Under the pieces are notes generated by a model. The model worked only from the letters and a program-made list of their open reading frames with translations. It was not told the origin of the DNA and did no database searches. A DNA stretch of 64,000 nucleotides from an uncultured virus (IMG/VR IMGVR_UViG_3300032163_000924) (lineage: Duplodnaviria > Heunggongvirae > Uroviricota > Caudoviricetes), in IMG/VR virus record IMGVR_UViG_3300032163_000924; one strand, written 5' to 3'. Each line of letters opens with the position of its first letter. The stretch's first letter is position 1. A program made the translations under genes and the position numbers. Shown piece by piece: positions 20,169-29,839 of this stretch.

Positions 20169-20953
20169 TGCAATATGCCGATTTATCATACAAAACACCA
20201 GAAGTCTTTACTAACAAGCATCCAAATAGCAGGATCTTAATAATAGCCGATGGGCCGAGCACTAAAAAGATATTAGATAAAAAAACTATTCTAAAACAAT
20301 ACTTTGATGTTATAATTTCGGTTAATCATGGTTTTGCTTATTTTGATGATATTATAGATTACCATTTAGTTACTGAAAAGGTAAGTCCTACTAATAAAGT
20401 TGTTAAAATGTTATCTGAAAAATCCTATAGCAAAAGCGTCCCAAGGATTTTAAATTGGAAGGGTATAGAAAAGTATGATCAGAGTTACAATATATACAAG
20501 ACTACTCGACATCCATTTACTACGAATTCAAATATAAGAAAATACAAAGATGGGGCGGTAGAGGGATTTCTTACTGGGCCAGCTAATTCTCGTAATATGG
20601 CTGTTGGTTCTGTGTCACTAAATGCTATGCATCTTGCTTGTATATTAGGTGCTACAACTATCTATACCATAGGAACAGATTTAGTTTTTAAAGATGAATT
20701 TGATCATTTTTATGATGATCATATGTATAGGGGAAAGGAATACAAAAAAATAGTAAAGGCAGAAAATAGAGTTCATATAATTGATATAGAACTGAACGGT
20801 AAGAAATACCAAACAACTGATTATTTCAAAGATTCTGCAGATTATATTAATAAATCTATAATTGGTCCATTCAAAGACATAGAAGTTTTTGATTTTAGTG
20901 AAGGGCTTATAACAAGTGCCAATACCATAACAGTAGAGGCTTTTTTTAGTTAA
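20168..20953 (+). CDS. Maf/DUF115-like glycosyltransferase (candidate nonulosonate transferase)
   Basis: ILIIADGPS, IISVN, GSV...AMHLACILGATTIYTIGTDL and HFY, matching the Maf/GT42-like GPS...G.D...HF pattern. Confidence 0.65.
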   Translation: MQYADLSYKTPEVFTNKHPNSRILIIADGPSTKKILDKKTILKQYFDVIISVNHGFAYFDDIIDYHLVTEKVSPTNKVVKMLSEKSYSKSVPRILNWKGIEKYDQSYNIYKTTRHPFTTNSNIRKYKDGAVEGFLTGPANSRNMAVGSVSLNAMHLACILGATTIYTIGTDLVFKDEFDHFYDDHMYRGKEYKKIVKAENRVHIIDIELNGKKYQTTDYFKDSADYINKSIIGPFKDIEVFDFSEGLITSANTITVEAFFS

Positions 20954-20954
20954 A

Positions 20955-20965
20955 GTGTATATAAT
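20955..20965 (+). promoter_or_regulatory. Recurrent intergenic GTGTATATA(A) motif, candidate promoter
   Basis: GTGTATATAAT in a short intergenic gap; the same 9-mer occurs in gaps at 52118 and 54631. Confidence 0.4.
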
Positions 20966-20984
20966 AGAATGAGGTATTATATTT

Positions 20985-21788
20985 ATGAAAAATATAACTA
21001 TAATTTTGTGCCCAGTTTTAAGACACAATTATACTTTCAATACTATAGTAAAACAGGTTCCGATTGCTGGCGTTATAAGACAGCACAGAGTTCGCACTAA
21101 TTCCAGTCATATCTTAAATAAAGAATATCAAGAACTTAATGATGAGCATTTTCAAGCACGAAATATTGCAGAAGCCAAATGGTATACTGGAAATGAAAGT
21201 CCATTGGCAATTTCAAGCACATTAGATATTAATTCTAACAATCTTACTGATCCCAAAATATTAGAATTTATTAAAGCCAATAAAACCGATATACTTATTA
21301 CTTTAGGATGTGCTTTGGTGCCAGCAGAAACATTTAAGCACATAGATTATGGACTTAATTTTCATCTTGGTATGTCTCCGCGATATAGAGGTTCTGCTGG
21401 TTTACTATGGCCAATTTATAATATGGATCCTGAACGAATTGCGACTTCAATTTTAGTATTGGAAGATAATATAGATGGTGGGCCTGTGGTTCATCACTCA
21501 AGGCCAAATATGAGTATAGAAGATGGTATTCACGATATAGCCTGCAAAACTGTTATGGCCGGTGCTTCCGATCTAGTCAATATATTAAGATCTCTATATG
21601 AAGATAAACCTTTAATTGCTCAGGCCCAAAAGACTACTGGCAGGATTTATTATGAATCTGCTTATCATCCTAGACATTTAAAGGTATTGGGCCATTTAAT
21701 GAAATCAGATGTTATAAAGGAATATTTAGATAATAAGGACGAGAGGGATAGTGATGTCAAATTGGTTAAATGCCCATATACACGATAA
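20985..21788 (+). CDS. Formyltransferase-family protein (second copy)
   Basis: LNFHLGMSPRYRG and NIDGGPV motifs. Confidence 0.75.
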   Translation: MKNITIILCPVLRHNYTFNTIVKQVPIAGVIRQHRVRTNSSHILNKEYQELNDEHFQARNIAEAKWYTGNESPLAISSTLDINSNNLTDPKILEFIKANKTDILITLGCALVPAETFKHIDYGLNFHLGMSPRYRGSAGLLWPIYNMDPERIATSILVLEDNIDGGPVVHHSRPNMSIEDGIHDIACKTVMAGASDLVNILRSLYEDKPLIAQAQKTTGRIYYESAYHPRHLKVLGHLMKSDVIKEYLDNKDERDSDVKLVKCPYTR

Positions 21789-23082
21789 AGAATATTTTTT
21801 ACGATTAGGGCAAGAAACATATGACTTGATGTTAAGTCTTTCTGTTTTCCCAAGAAGTCTAACTGGAAATGGAGTTAGAGATACTCTAAAACATATTTCA
21901 AATATAATACCAATTAATACCTATGAAGTCAAAAGTGGCACTAAGCATTTTGATTGGGAGGTACCTAACGAATGGAATTTGAATTACGCCAGAATTACGG
22001 GGCCAGATGGAAATGTTGTTGTATCTACTATTATTAATCCACTAAGTATAATGCACTTTAGTAAGGCAATTGATGAAATTGTATCATTAGAAGTTTTACT
22101 AGAACATGTATATTTTGATTCAAATCGATTTAATACAACACTATATAGAACAACTTATTATAATGATGCTTGGGGATTTTGTCTTCCCCATTCAGTAGTT
22201 GAAAGTCTAATACCTGGCAAATATAGAGTAGAAATAAATGTAGATTTTAAACCAGGCCATTTAACTTACGGTGATATATTATTGAATGGGAAACTAAAGG
22301 AAGAGTTCTTGCTCTCTACTTATATTTGTCATCCATCTATGGCTAATGACAATTTATCTGGCATGGCATTTGCTACTATACTATTAAGAGAGTTAAGCAA
22401 GATAAATACAAATTATACTTATCGCGGGGTATTTGCACCAGAAACTATTGGTTCCGTGATATACTTAAATAAACATGGAGAGGATTTAAAAAAAAATATA
22501 CGTGGAGGGCTTGTTATAACTTGCGTTGGTGATAATGGGGATACTATAACTTATAAAAAATCACGCCAAGATAATAGTAAAGTTGATTTGATAGTAGAAC
22601 ATATATTAAAAAATAGTGGTATAAAAAATAAGATAATAGATTTTTGTCCATTTGGGGGTGATGAGAGGCAATATTGTTCCCCGGCATTTAATTTGCCGAT
22701 AGGTTCGTTAATGAGAACTTATTATTATGATTTTGCACAGTATCATTCTTCTGATGATAACATGAGTATGATAAGTATAAATAATTTGGCTCAAATGTTC
22801 CAAGTATATATAGAAAGCTTATGTCTTTTCGATAATAATGAAAAGTGGATAAGAACTGATGGAGGAACTTGTGAACCTCAATTGGGCAAGAGAAACCTAT
22901 ACTCTAATCTGGGCGGAAGTTCAGAAAATCATATAAATGCCAAAAATATCCTGTGGGCACTTAATTTGATTGATGGTAAAAATGATTTGCTGGCTATGGC
23001 AAATAAAATGAATTGTCCTATGCTGGAATTATTAAATACCATTAAGATACTGGAAGACAATGATTTGATTACGAAAATCTAA
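21751..23082 (+). CDS. DUF4910/DUF2172 aminopeptidase-like polysaccharide-biosynthesis protein
   Basis: RSLTGNGVRDTL, YRTTYY..WGFC, STYICHPSMANDNLSG, PETIGS, DERQYCSP, YHSSDD and C-terminal winged-helix. Confidence 0.85.
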   Translation: MMSNWLNAHIHDKEYFLRLGQETYDLMLSLSVFPRSLTGNGVRDTLKHISNIIPINTYEVKSGTKHFDWEVPNEWNLNYARITGPDGNVVVSTIINPLSIMHFSKAIDEIVSLEVLLEHVYFDSNRFNTTLYRTTYYNDAWGFCLPHSVVESLIPGKYRVEINVDFKPGHLTYGDILLNGKLKEEFLLSTYICHPSMANDNLSGMAFATILLRELSKINTNYTYRGVFAPETIGSVIYLNKHGEDLKKNIRGGLVITCVGDNGDTITYKKSRQDNSKVDLIVEHILKNSGIKNKIIDFCPFGGDERQYCSPAFNLPIGSLMRTYYYDFAQYHSSDDNMSMISINNLAQMFQVYIESLCLFDNNEKWIRTDGGTCEPQLGKRNLYSNLGGSSENHINAKNILWALNLIDGKNDLLAMANKMNCPMLELLNTIKILEDNDLITKI

Positions 23083-23098
23083 TACACTAGGACTTCTA

Positions 23099-23416
23099 AT
23101 GACAATGTGCAGTGAGGGCGTTAAGGAATTATATGAATGCTTTTTTAAATATCTTTATGGCGGTAAAAAATTAGACTACGCAGTTCATAGTGTGTCTTTT
23201 AAAAGGGGCGCACTTATTATATTTTACAGAAATAAAATCAAAAACGGTGTAATAAGAACACATGGTGCCGAAAAAACAGTAGAGAATAATAAAAAAATTA
23301 TAAATAGAGTATTTATTATGAATTATTCTTCTAATGTATTGATGAATATAGGATTATTACAAACTATGCAAGACCCTGATTTGGTGAGGTTTTTGGATGA
23401 ATGGGCAGATGAATGA
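23099..23416 (+). CDS. Small protein, near-match to KxxY family
   Basis: MCSEGVKELYECFF from ATG 23105. Confidence 0.55.
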   Translation: MTMCSEGVKELYECFFKYLYGGKKLDYAVHSVSFKRGALIIFYRNKIKNGVIRTHGAEKTVENNKKIINRVFIMNYSSNVLMNIGLLQTMQDPDLVRFLDEWADE

Positions 23417-23579
23417 AGAGGTGAAAGGAATATATAGGGCAATTTTTTGTATGCCAGTTGATGATTATGCCACGAGTTTTGTTGTTGGCGACTATTACAA
23501 GGTATTATTCAAATATAAAGAAGAAGAGAGTGGTGGAAGAAGAACAAGAATTTATGCTACTTTTACTTTGGAGGTATAG
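23409..23579 (+). CDS. Small protein, KxxY N-terminal-motif family
   Basis: MNEEVKGIYRAIF; ends with GGAGG-containing LEV* abutting the next ATG. Confidence 0.6.
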   Translation: MNEEVKGIYRAIFCMPVDDYATSFVVGDYYKVLFKYKEEESGGRRTRIYATFTLEV

Positions 23580-24140
23580 ATGCTGGTTGGTGAAAAAGTT
23601 ATATTGGAAGAGATAGATCCGGCAAATATAGAACAATTGAGAAAATGGAGAAATGATCCGTTAATACGCAAATACTTTAGAGAATATAAAGATATAACTG
23701 TGGATGAGCAAGTTAAGTGGTATCATGAACGTGGTAATAATTCTGACAAATCTTTTGTATATTTTCAAATTACACATACACATAAGCCTCTTGGTGGAAG
23801 TGTTTTATTAGGATGTTGCGGTTTAACTGGAATAGATTTTAGATTACGAAAGGCTGAGCTGTCTATATTTTTGGGATCTGGCCGTGGTGAAGGTAATGGA
23901 ATGGATGCTTTAAAGTTGCTATTTGATTACGGATTTAAAGAATTAAATTTGCACAAAATATTCGCAGAAGTGTATGATAATAACGAAGCCTTACGAATAT
24001 ACAAAAAGTTAGGTATGGCAGAGGATGGTATATTGAGGGATAGTTATTTTCACGAAGGACGATATGGTAATTCAATTATGCTTTCTATGCTTGAAGATGA
24101 ATGGCGTAATAAATATGGAGACAAACCATTATGGAAGTAA
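23580..24140 (+). CDS. GNAT N-acetyltransferase (PseH-like)
   Basis: LRKWRNDP.IRKY, AELSIFLG, GFKELNLHKIFAEV, N..AL..YKKLG and EDGILR motifs. Confidence 0.85.
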   Translation: MLVGEKVILEEIDPANIEQLRKWRNDPLIRKYFREYKDITVDEQVKWYHERGNNSDKSFVYFQITHTHKPLGGSVLLGCCGLTGIDFRLRKAELSIFLGSGRGEGNGMDALKLLFDYGFKELNLHKIFAEVYDNNEALRIYKKLGMAEDGILRDSYFHEGRYGNSIMLSMLEDEWRNKYGDKPLWK

Positions 24141-24325
24141 ATGATATTAATGATTCGGTATATAACTTGTATTCAGAGATACTTGAGCCACGATACTATG
24201 AACAAAAAATATTTGTTGAGTGGAGAGTTCCAAATGAGTATAGAGTTCGTATAAATAATTTTTATAAAGGGTTATTCACTAGCAGTGTTGAATGTTCTTT
24301 ATTCGCAAAGGAGAATGTAATATAA
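24131..24325 (+). CDS. Small protein, near-match to KxxY family
   Basis: INDSVYNLYSEIL near N-terminus. Confidence 0.5.
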   Translation: MEVNDINDSVYNLYSEILEPRYYEQKIFVEWRVPNEYRVRINNFYKGLFTSSVECSLFAKENVI

Positions 24326-25281
24326 AAAAACGATCTATAACAGATTGTCACAAGTTAGCAAAAAGATATGGTGGTAAATGCTTATCCAAAAAATATATCA
24401 ATGCTATTACAAAAATATTGTGGGAATGTAAAGACAATCACTGTTGGTATGCTACTTTTGATAATGTAAATCATAATCATTGGTGCCCAAAATGCGCTAT
24501 AAAAAATAATGCAGAAAAACAAAAATTAATAAATGGTTTGTATATAGCAAGGCGAATTGCTGAAAAAAGAGGCGGAAAGTGTTTATCTAATGAATATGTA
24601 AATAGTAAAATAAAAATGCATTGGGAATGTGAAATAAAACATACGTGGTGGGTTAAATTTACACACATTCAACAAGGACATTGGTGTCCAAAGTGTTCAT
24701 TTATATCTCTTGCCGAAAAAAACAGATCCGATGGACTAAAAATAGCACAACAGATAGCAACAGAACTGGGAGGAGAGTGTTTATCTGAAAAATATACTAA
24801 TTGTGATGAACATCTTGAATGGAAATGTAAAAATGAACATAAGTGGTCAGCATCATTATACAATGTTAAGAATAATAAAACTTGGTGTCCTGAATGTCAT
24901 ATTTTTAGAAATCAAAATTTTTTATCAGATATGATGAAAGATATATTTCCACGATATACTATTAGAAATAATTATCGTGGATTCGAATGGTTAGCCAATA
25001 AGTCCGGTCACAAACAAGAATTGGATATTTATATAGAAGAAATTAAGTTGGCCATAGAATATGATGGACAACAACATTTTATGCCAATTAATTTCGGCGG
25101 TTGTTCGGAAAGGATGGCTAAAGAAAATCTTAAAAAGACAAAAAGATTAGATAAGATTAAAAATAAAAAAGTTAAACAACATTCAGAGGATATAGAATAT
25201 TTTATACGATTTAATTACAATGATAATTTATCAAAAGAAAATATTATTTCAAAATTAAAAGCAAATGGCATAGTTTTGTAA
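24292..25281 (+). CDS. Free-standing zinc-ribbon-repeat endonuclease
   Basis: Three GGKCLS..Y...W.C...H.W...WCP.C repeats; ELDIYIEEIKLAIEYDGQQHF. Confidence 0.8.
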   Translation: MFFIRKGECNIKKRSITDCHKLAKRYGGKCLSKKYINAITKILWECKDNHCWYATFDNVNHNHWCPKCAIKNNAEKQKLINGLYIARRIAEKRGGKCLSNEYVNSKIKMHWECEIKHTWWVKFTHIQQGHWCPKCSFISLAEKNRSDGLKIAQQIATELGGECLSEKYTNCDEHLEWKCKNEHKWSASLYNVKNNKTWCPECHIFRNQNFLSDMMKDIFPRYTIRNNYRGFEWLANKSGHKQELDIYIEEIKLAIEYDGQQHFMPINFGGCSERMAKENLKKTKRLDKIKNKKVKQHSEDIEYFIRFNYNDNLSKENIISKLKANGIVL

Positions 25282-25526
25282 TGAGTTATTTTTGGAAGAA
25301 ACCAGGTATATTGGGTCCAGAATCATTGCATATAAAAGATTTGTATCGTTATTTATTGGTATGCGGATATAGTGTAAGGCATTTATATTCGCCTACTGAT
25401 AAAGAAAAAATACACAACGAATTTTCACATATGTTTTTGGGCTCTGAAAAAATATATACTGTTGTGGTATCAGACCAGGTTGATGATAGGGCAATTATAT
25501 ATTTACAAGAGGAGAATGAAAAATAA
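25281..25526 (+). CDS. Small protein, near-match to KxxY family
   Basis: ESLHIKDLYRYLL after a short N-terminal extension. Confidence 0.5.
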   Translation: MSYFWKKPGILGPESLHIKDLYRYLLVCGYSVRHLYSPTDKEKIHNEFSHMFLGSEKIYTVVVSDQVDDRAIIYLQEENEK

Positions 25527-25528
25527 TT

Positions 25529-26461
25529 ATGACAAAAAGACACTCACTTAATTTTGTTAAAAATATAATAAAGGATAAGAATGGTACACTTATATCTAAA
25601 AAATATATTAATAATAAGGATTTGTTAGATATAAGATGTAATAAATGTAACTATGAATGGAAAATAAGATTTAATGATATACAATCAGGATATTGGTGTC
25701 CAAACTGCCCAGGACACGTTAAATATACTTATGATCGGGTTAGAAAAATAATTAGTGAGAAAAATGGTAAGTTATTATCTGATGAGTATGTTAATAATAA
25801 AACTGATTTATTGATTAAATGTAATATTTGTGATCACGAATGGCAAGCATCATTAAATACTATATTAGCAAATCATTGGTGTCCTAATTGCTACAAAAAG
25901 AGTGCTTATTATTCATACAAAGAAGTTGAGGATATTGTTAAAAGACGCCGCGGGCGCCTTATTTCAACAGAATATATAAATAGTTGGATGCCTATTTGTA
26001 TACAATGTAATATTTGCAGTAACAAATGGAAAGTTGTATTCAATTCTATTCAGCAAGATTCGTGGTGCCCAGAATGCTCTGGAATGAAAACACAGAAAAA
26101 AATAACAAATATTATTAGATTATTATTTCCAAATAATGATGTAATGTCAGATGTAAGATTTGATTGGTTAGTAAATCCTAAAACAAATAAAAAATTAGAA
26201 ATAGATATCTGGGTTCCATACACTAAATTGGCCATCGAATATGATGGAGAACATCATTTTGTGCCTGTTAGATATGGTGGAACAACTACTGCTAAGGCAA
26301 AAGAAAATTTAAAACAACAAAAAATTCGTGACAATATTAAAAATAAATTGATATTTGAACATAGTGAGGATATTAAATATTTCATCAGATTTGATTACAA
26401 AGAAAATCTAACACAAGAATATATAATAAATAAATTGAAAAATAGTGGGGTAAGTATATGA
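25529..26461 (+). CDS. Free-standing zinc-ribbon-repeat endonuclease
   Basis: Three G.L.S..Y.N...CN.C...W...WCP.C repeats; LEIDIWVPYTKLAIEYDGEHHF. Confidence 0.8.
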   Translation: MTKRHSLNFVKNIIKDKNGTLISKKYINNKDLLDIRCNKCNYEWKIRFNDIQSGYWCPNCPGHVKYTYDRVRKIISEKNGKLLSDEYVNNKTDLLIKCNICDHEWQASLNTILANHWCPNCYKKSAYYSYKEVEDIVKRRRGRLISTEYINSWMPICIQCNICSNKWKVVFNSIQQDSWCPECSGMKTQKKITNIIRLLFPNNDVMSDVRFDWLVNPKTNKKLEIDIWVPYTKLAIEYDGEHHFVPVRYGGTTTAKAKENLKQQKIRDNIKNKLIFEHSEDIKYFIRFDYKENLTQEYIINKLKNSGVSI

Positions 26462-27210
26462 GCAATAAAGTATTAATAATTGCGGAAATTGGAATTAATC
26501 ACAATGGATCGCTTCCAATGGCAAAAGAACTTATACGTCAAGCATCTATATGTGGTGCAGATGTGGCAAAATTCCAAGCTTATTCGGTTGATGCTTTATT
26601 TGGCCCAGATGGAGAAGATCCAAATGAAGAGATTTGGAAAGGTGTTAAACCGCTTGAATTCAATAAAGAACAATTTGCTGAACTCAAAGAATATTGTGAT
26701 TTTGAAGAAATAGAATTTATGTGTAGTGTATTTGATGAGGAACGCTTACAATGGATGGAGGAGTTAGGCGTTAAACGACACAAGATAGCCAGCCGAACTT
26801 CTAAACTTACTCGTGGATTGGCCGAGAAAATAGCGGCCATAGGAAAACAATGTTTTATGTCATTAGGTCTTAATGCCGAACCATTAGGAAAAAATTATTC
26901 AAATATTAAGTATTTGTATTGTGTTAGTAAATACCCCACTATGTATTCTGAACTCAAATTGCCAGAATATTTTGGTTGGCGAGCAGCATCGGGACCACAA
27001 ACCATAACTTATACTGGGCTATCAGATCATTCATTGGGTATTGAAGCGAGCCTAGTAGCCGTAGCTCGCGGCGCGGAAGTTATAGAAAAACACTTTACTT
27101 TAAATAAAGGCTTGCAGGGCTTTGATCATATATCTTCTTGTGATCCTGGAGAATTGAAAGATTTAGTTCATTATGCTAGAAGAATGGAAAGATTATTAAA
27201 ATATTGTTGA
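26458..27210 (+). CDS. neuB: Second nonulosonic acid synthase (NeuB family), no SAF domain
   Basis: IIAEIGINHNG, ADVAKFQ, KIAS, CVSKYP, GLSDHS and IEKHFTL motifs. Confidence 0.85.
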   Translation: MSNKVLIIAEIGINHNGSLPMAKELIRQASICGADVAKFQAYSVDALFGPDGEDPNEEIWKGVKPLEFNKEQFAELKEYCDFEEIEFMCSVFDEERLQWMEELGVKRHKIASRTSKLTRGLAEKIAAIGKQCFMSLGLNAEPLGKNYSNIKYLYCVSKYPTMYSELKLPEYFGWRAASGPQTITYTGLSDHSLGIEASLVAVARGAEVIEKHFTLNKGLQGFDHISSCDPGELKDLVHYARRMERLLKYC

Positions 27211-27220
27211 GGTTATTATA

Positions 27221-27841
27221 GTGAATATTAGAACTTTGCAATCAGAGCACTGGGCAGCAAAAGATCTAAAAATAATTGAATCTTACTGGTCAAGTCCACC
27301 GGCTACTAAACGATCACTTTGGTTTGTTGAACAATTAAAACAGTATGATTTTGATTCCATTTTTGAGATAGGATTCTTTTCTGGTCGTAATCTAAAATAC
27401 ATACAAGAAGCATTCCCAAAGATTAGTGTGGGTGGGCTCGAGATAAACAAGCAAGCAGTTAAATTTGCTCAAGAAAAACTACCAAATACTTCACTATTGC
27501 ACATAAATCTACATGACATGAATAAAATTACTACAAAATATGATATTGTCTTTTCTTCTGGGGTTCTAATTCATTTAGATCCAAACGATTTGAATGATGT
27601 GGCAAAAAAATGTATAGGTTTGGCAAATAAATATGTTATGCACTTAGAACAGTTGGGTAGAAATGAAGTTGTTGCTGGCCCGAAGCATTTAAAACCTATA
27701 TACAAGATAAGTGATCAAATGCAATGGAACCCTGACTTGATGGCGGTTTATTCGGGATTGGGCTATACTCCGCAAATCATTTCATTACCACAGGAATGTA
27801 AGACTAATGGCGCGGCCGAATTAGTAGTGATTAAAATATGA
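27221..27841 (+). CDS. Class I SAM-dependent methyltransferase
   Basis: SIFEIGFFSGRN, GLEIN and YDIVFSSGVLIHL motifs. Confidence 0.8.
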   Translation: MNIRTLQSEHWAAKDLKIIESYWSSPPATKRSLWFVEQLKQYDFDSIFEIGFFSGRNLKYIQEAFPKISVGGLEINKQAVKFAQEKLPNTSLLHINLHDMNKITTKYDIVFSSGVLIHLDPNDLNDVAKKCIGLANKYVMHLEQLGRNEVVAGPKHLKPIYKISDQMQWNPDLMAVYSGLGYTPQIISLPQECKTNGAAELVVIKI

Positions 27842-28185
27842 AACACATAGACGATAAGTGCAAGCATCATAATTATCCATATATTTTCCAATGTCTGCGT
27901 GGCGAGAAGTGCTTATGCTATTCTTGTATCCAGTCTAAAAGAGATCAAGAATTATGCTCCAAAATTAACAAAGAACATATCAAAGGTCAGAAGTGCAAGG
28001 CATGGACTCAATGTGAAAAATGCTCAACACAAAGATATTTTTCAGATTTGTTAAAACATCTTTGTGAAATATGTAGAAAAAACTGTCAGTTTTGTAATTG
28101 TGATACGAAACCATATAGAAGTTTGGATACAAAACAAGTAGTAAAAAATATATACAGGCATAATTTGGGTAAGTGGATGATATAA
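27838..28185 (+). CDS. Cys-rich hypothetical protein
   Basis: Multiple CxxC pairs; start overlaps upstream stop. Confidence 0.55.
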   Translation: MKHIDDKCKHHNYPYIFQCLRGEKCLCYSCIQSKRDQELCSKINKEHIKGQKCKAWTQCEKCSTQRYFSDLLKHLCEICRKNCQFCNCDTKPYRSLDTKQVVKNIYRHNLGKWMI

Positions 28186-28188
28186 TAA

Positions 28189-29061
28189 ATGCAAAATACT
28201 CATCGACCTCCGTTTCTTTTTGTTATAGGAGCGCCAAAAACAGGAACATCAATTATGGGTGGTATGTTGAATTGCCATCCAGATATATGGATTATGATGG
28301 AAGCTTTTATGCGTAAAGAACCTAAGCATTATGATGAAATACGAGATTTTAAAAAAGCGAAGAATATAGTATACTCTAAATATTATTCTATTACTAAAAT
28401 TTATAATAGACTATGCAAAAGTTTTTCTGCCGGATCCTATAAATATTTTGGAGACAAATGGGCTTGTTTAGATAACTTTCAAGTAATGGAAAAATGGATG
28501 AATGAGTTTAATCCACATAAAATAATTTTTACTTTAAGAGATGTTAGATCATGGTTTGCTCATGATGCTACCCAACAAATATTCATAGGCATGGATCCTA
28601 ATGAAATTATATGTCAGTATGTATATTATTTCGTAAGAAGTTTCAAACTTTCAGATTGTATAAGAGTAAGGCTAATAGATCAGGTTCAGGATCCATACGA
28701 AGTAATGAAAAAGGTAAGTAATTTCCTTCCTCTTATTGAATCTGGGGAGGCACAATTTGATAATTGGTGGGACAAAATAGGCAATTATGATGACGTTAAT
28801 AAGATGGCGTATCCGTGGTGGCATAATAGGGCATCAGCGCATATTAAGCCATATAAATTAGATATAAAAGTAGAAATCAAAAATAATATTTTGTGGCATA
28901 ATATATTGCCTATTTTTGATAAATATTTCAATAATATAGATGGAATATTCCAAAGAGCAGATATCAGACAAGATCTGTGTAAAATTATTAATATATATAA
29001 TAATGTGCCAAAGATAACTTTTGATGATTTGTACAATAAAATAGAAAAGGCGGCACCATAA
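28189..29061 (+). CDS. Sulfotransferase-family protein
   Basis: 5'-PSB loop VIGAPKTGTS...LNCHP, YFGDK and 3'-PB IFTLRDVRS. Confidence 0.8.
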   Translation: MQNTHRPPFLFVIGAPKTGTSIMGGMLNCHPDIWIMMEAFMRKEPKHYDEIRDFKKAKNIVYSKYYSITKIYNRLCKSFSAGSYKYFGDKWACLDNFQVMEKWMNEFNPHKIIFTLRDVRSWFAHDATQQIFIGMDPNEIICQYVYYFVRSFKLSDCIRVRLIDQVQDPYEVMKKVSNFLPLIESGEAQFDNWWDKIGNYDDVNKMAYPWWHNRASAHIKPYKLDIKVEIKNNILWHNILPIFDKYFNNIDGIFQRADIRQDLCKIINIYNNVPKITFDDLYNKIEKAAP

Positions 29062-29654
29062 TGGAAATATCTATTATTATTACTAATTACAATTATGAAA
29101 AATATGTAGCTCGTGCTATTCGTTCGGCTATTAACCAATCCTTTAATAAAAACGAATACGAAATAATAGTAATAGATGATTGTTCTATTGATCAAAGCCG
29201 AAAGATAATAGAAAGTTTTGGGATAGTAAAGCCCATATTTAACGACATCAATTTAGGTTTGGCGGCCAGTTGTAATAAGGCCATACGCATAGCTTTAGGC
29301 AAGTTTGTATATTTTTTAGATGCTGATGATTTTATAAATAAAGATACTTTATTAGTATGCCATTCGTTTGCTAGTTGTAATAAAGATAATATGGATGCCA
29401 TTAGTACCGACTACTATGAAGTTTCTGAAAAGGAAAGTGTTATTAGGCGTAGGGATGGAATGGCCTTTCCTATTAGATGTGGTACTTTGTTTTATGCTGA
29501 CCATTTAATAGAACTTGGTCCATACAATAACGATGTAAAGAGAGAGGATATTGATTTTAGACAAAGATACTTAAAATCTGGGAAATATATTTACAACTTG
29601 CCAGTACCATATTATAAATATACACAACATAATGATAGTTTAACAAAAAAATAG
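29061..29654 (+). CDS. Glycosyltransferase family 2
   Basis: ISIIITNYNYEKY, VIDDCSID, FLDADD and EDIDF motifs. Confidence 0.9.
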   Translation: MEISIIITNYNYEKYVARAIRSAINQSFNKNEYEIIVIDDCSIDQSRKIIESFGIVKPIFNDINLGLAASCNKAIRIALGKFVYFLDADDFINKDTLLVCHSFASCNKDNMDAISTDYYEVSEKESVIRRRDGMAFPIRCGTLFYADHLIELGPYNNDVKREDIDFRQRYLKSGKYIYNLPVPYYKYTQHNDSLTKK

Positions 29655-29839
29655 GATATTGTATGACAAAAGATTCATATGCTGCAAATAAATAAGTCTG
29701 GTTTATGGCACTAATGATCATCCACAAGAATCGGTAAGTAGAAGAAAAATAAATGATCCAAGTAGAGCAGGTAGAGGTCGAAAAAATTATTAAGGCCATT
29801 TTTAATAAATTTAAATACAAATAATATCGGGGTAACAAT

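Noticed and set aside
29655..29839. 185-bp gap with short broken frames, a possible pseudogene or ncRNA
   Set aside because: Only fragments of about 10-33 codons and no convincing structure or homology by eye.
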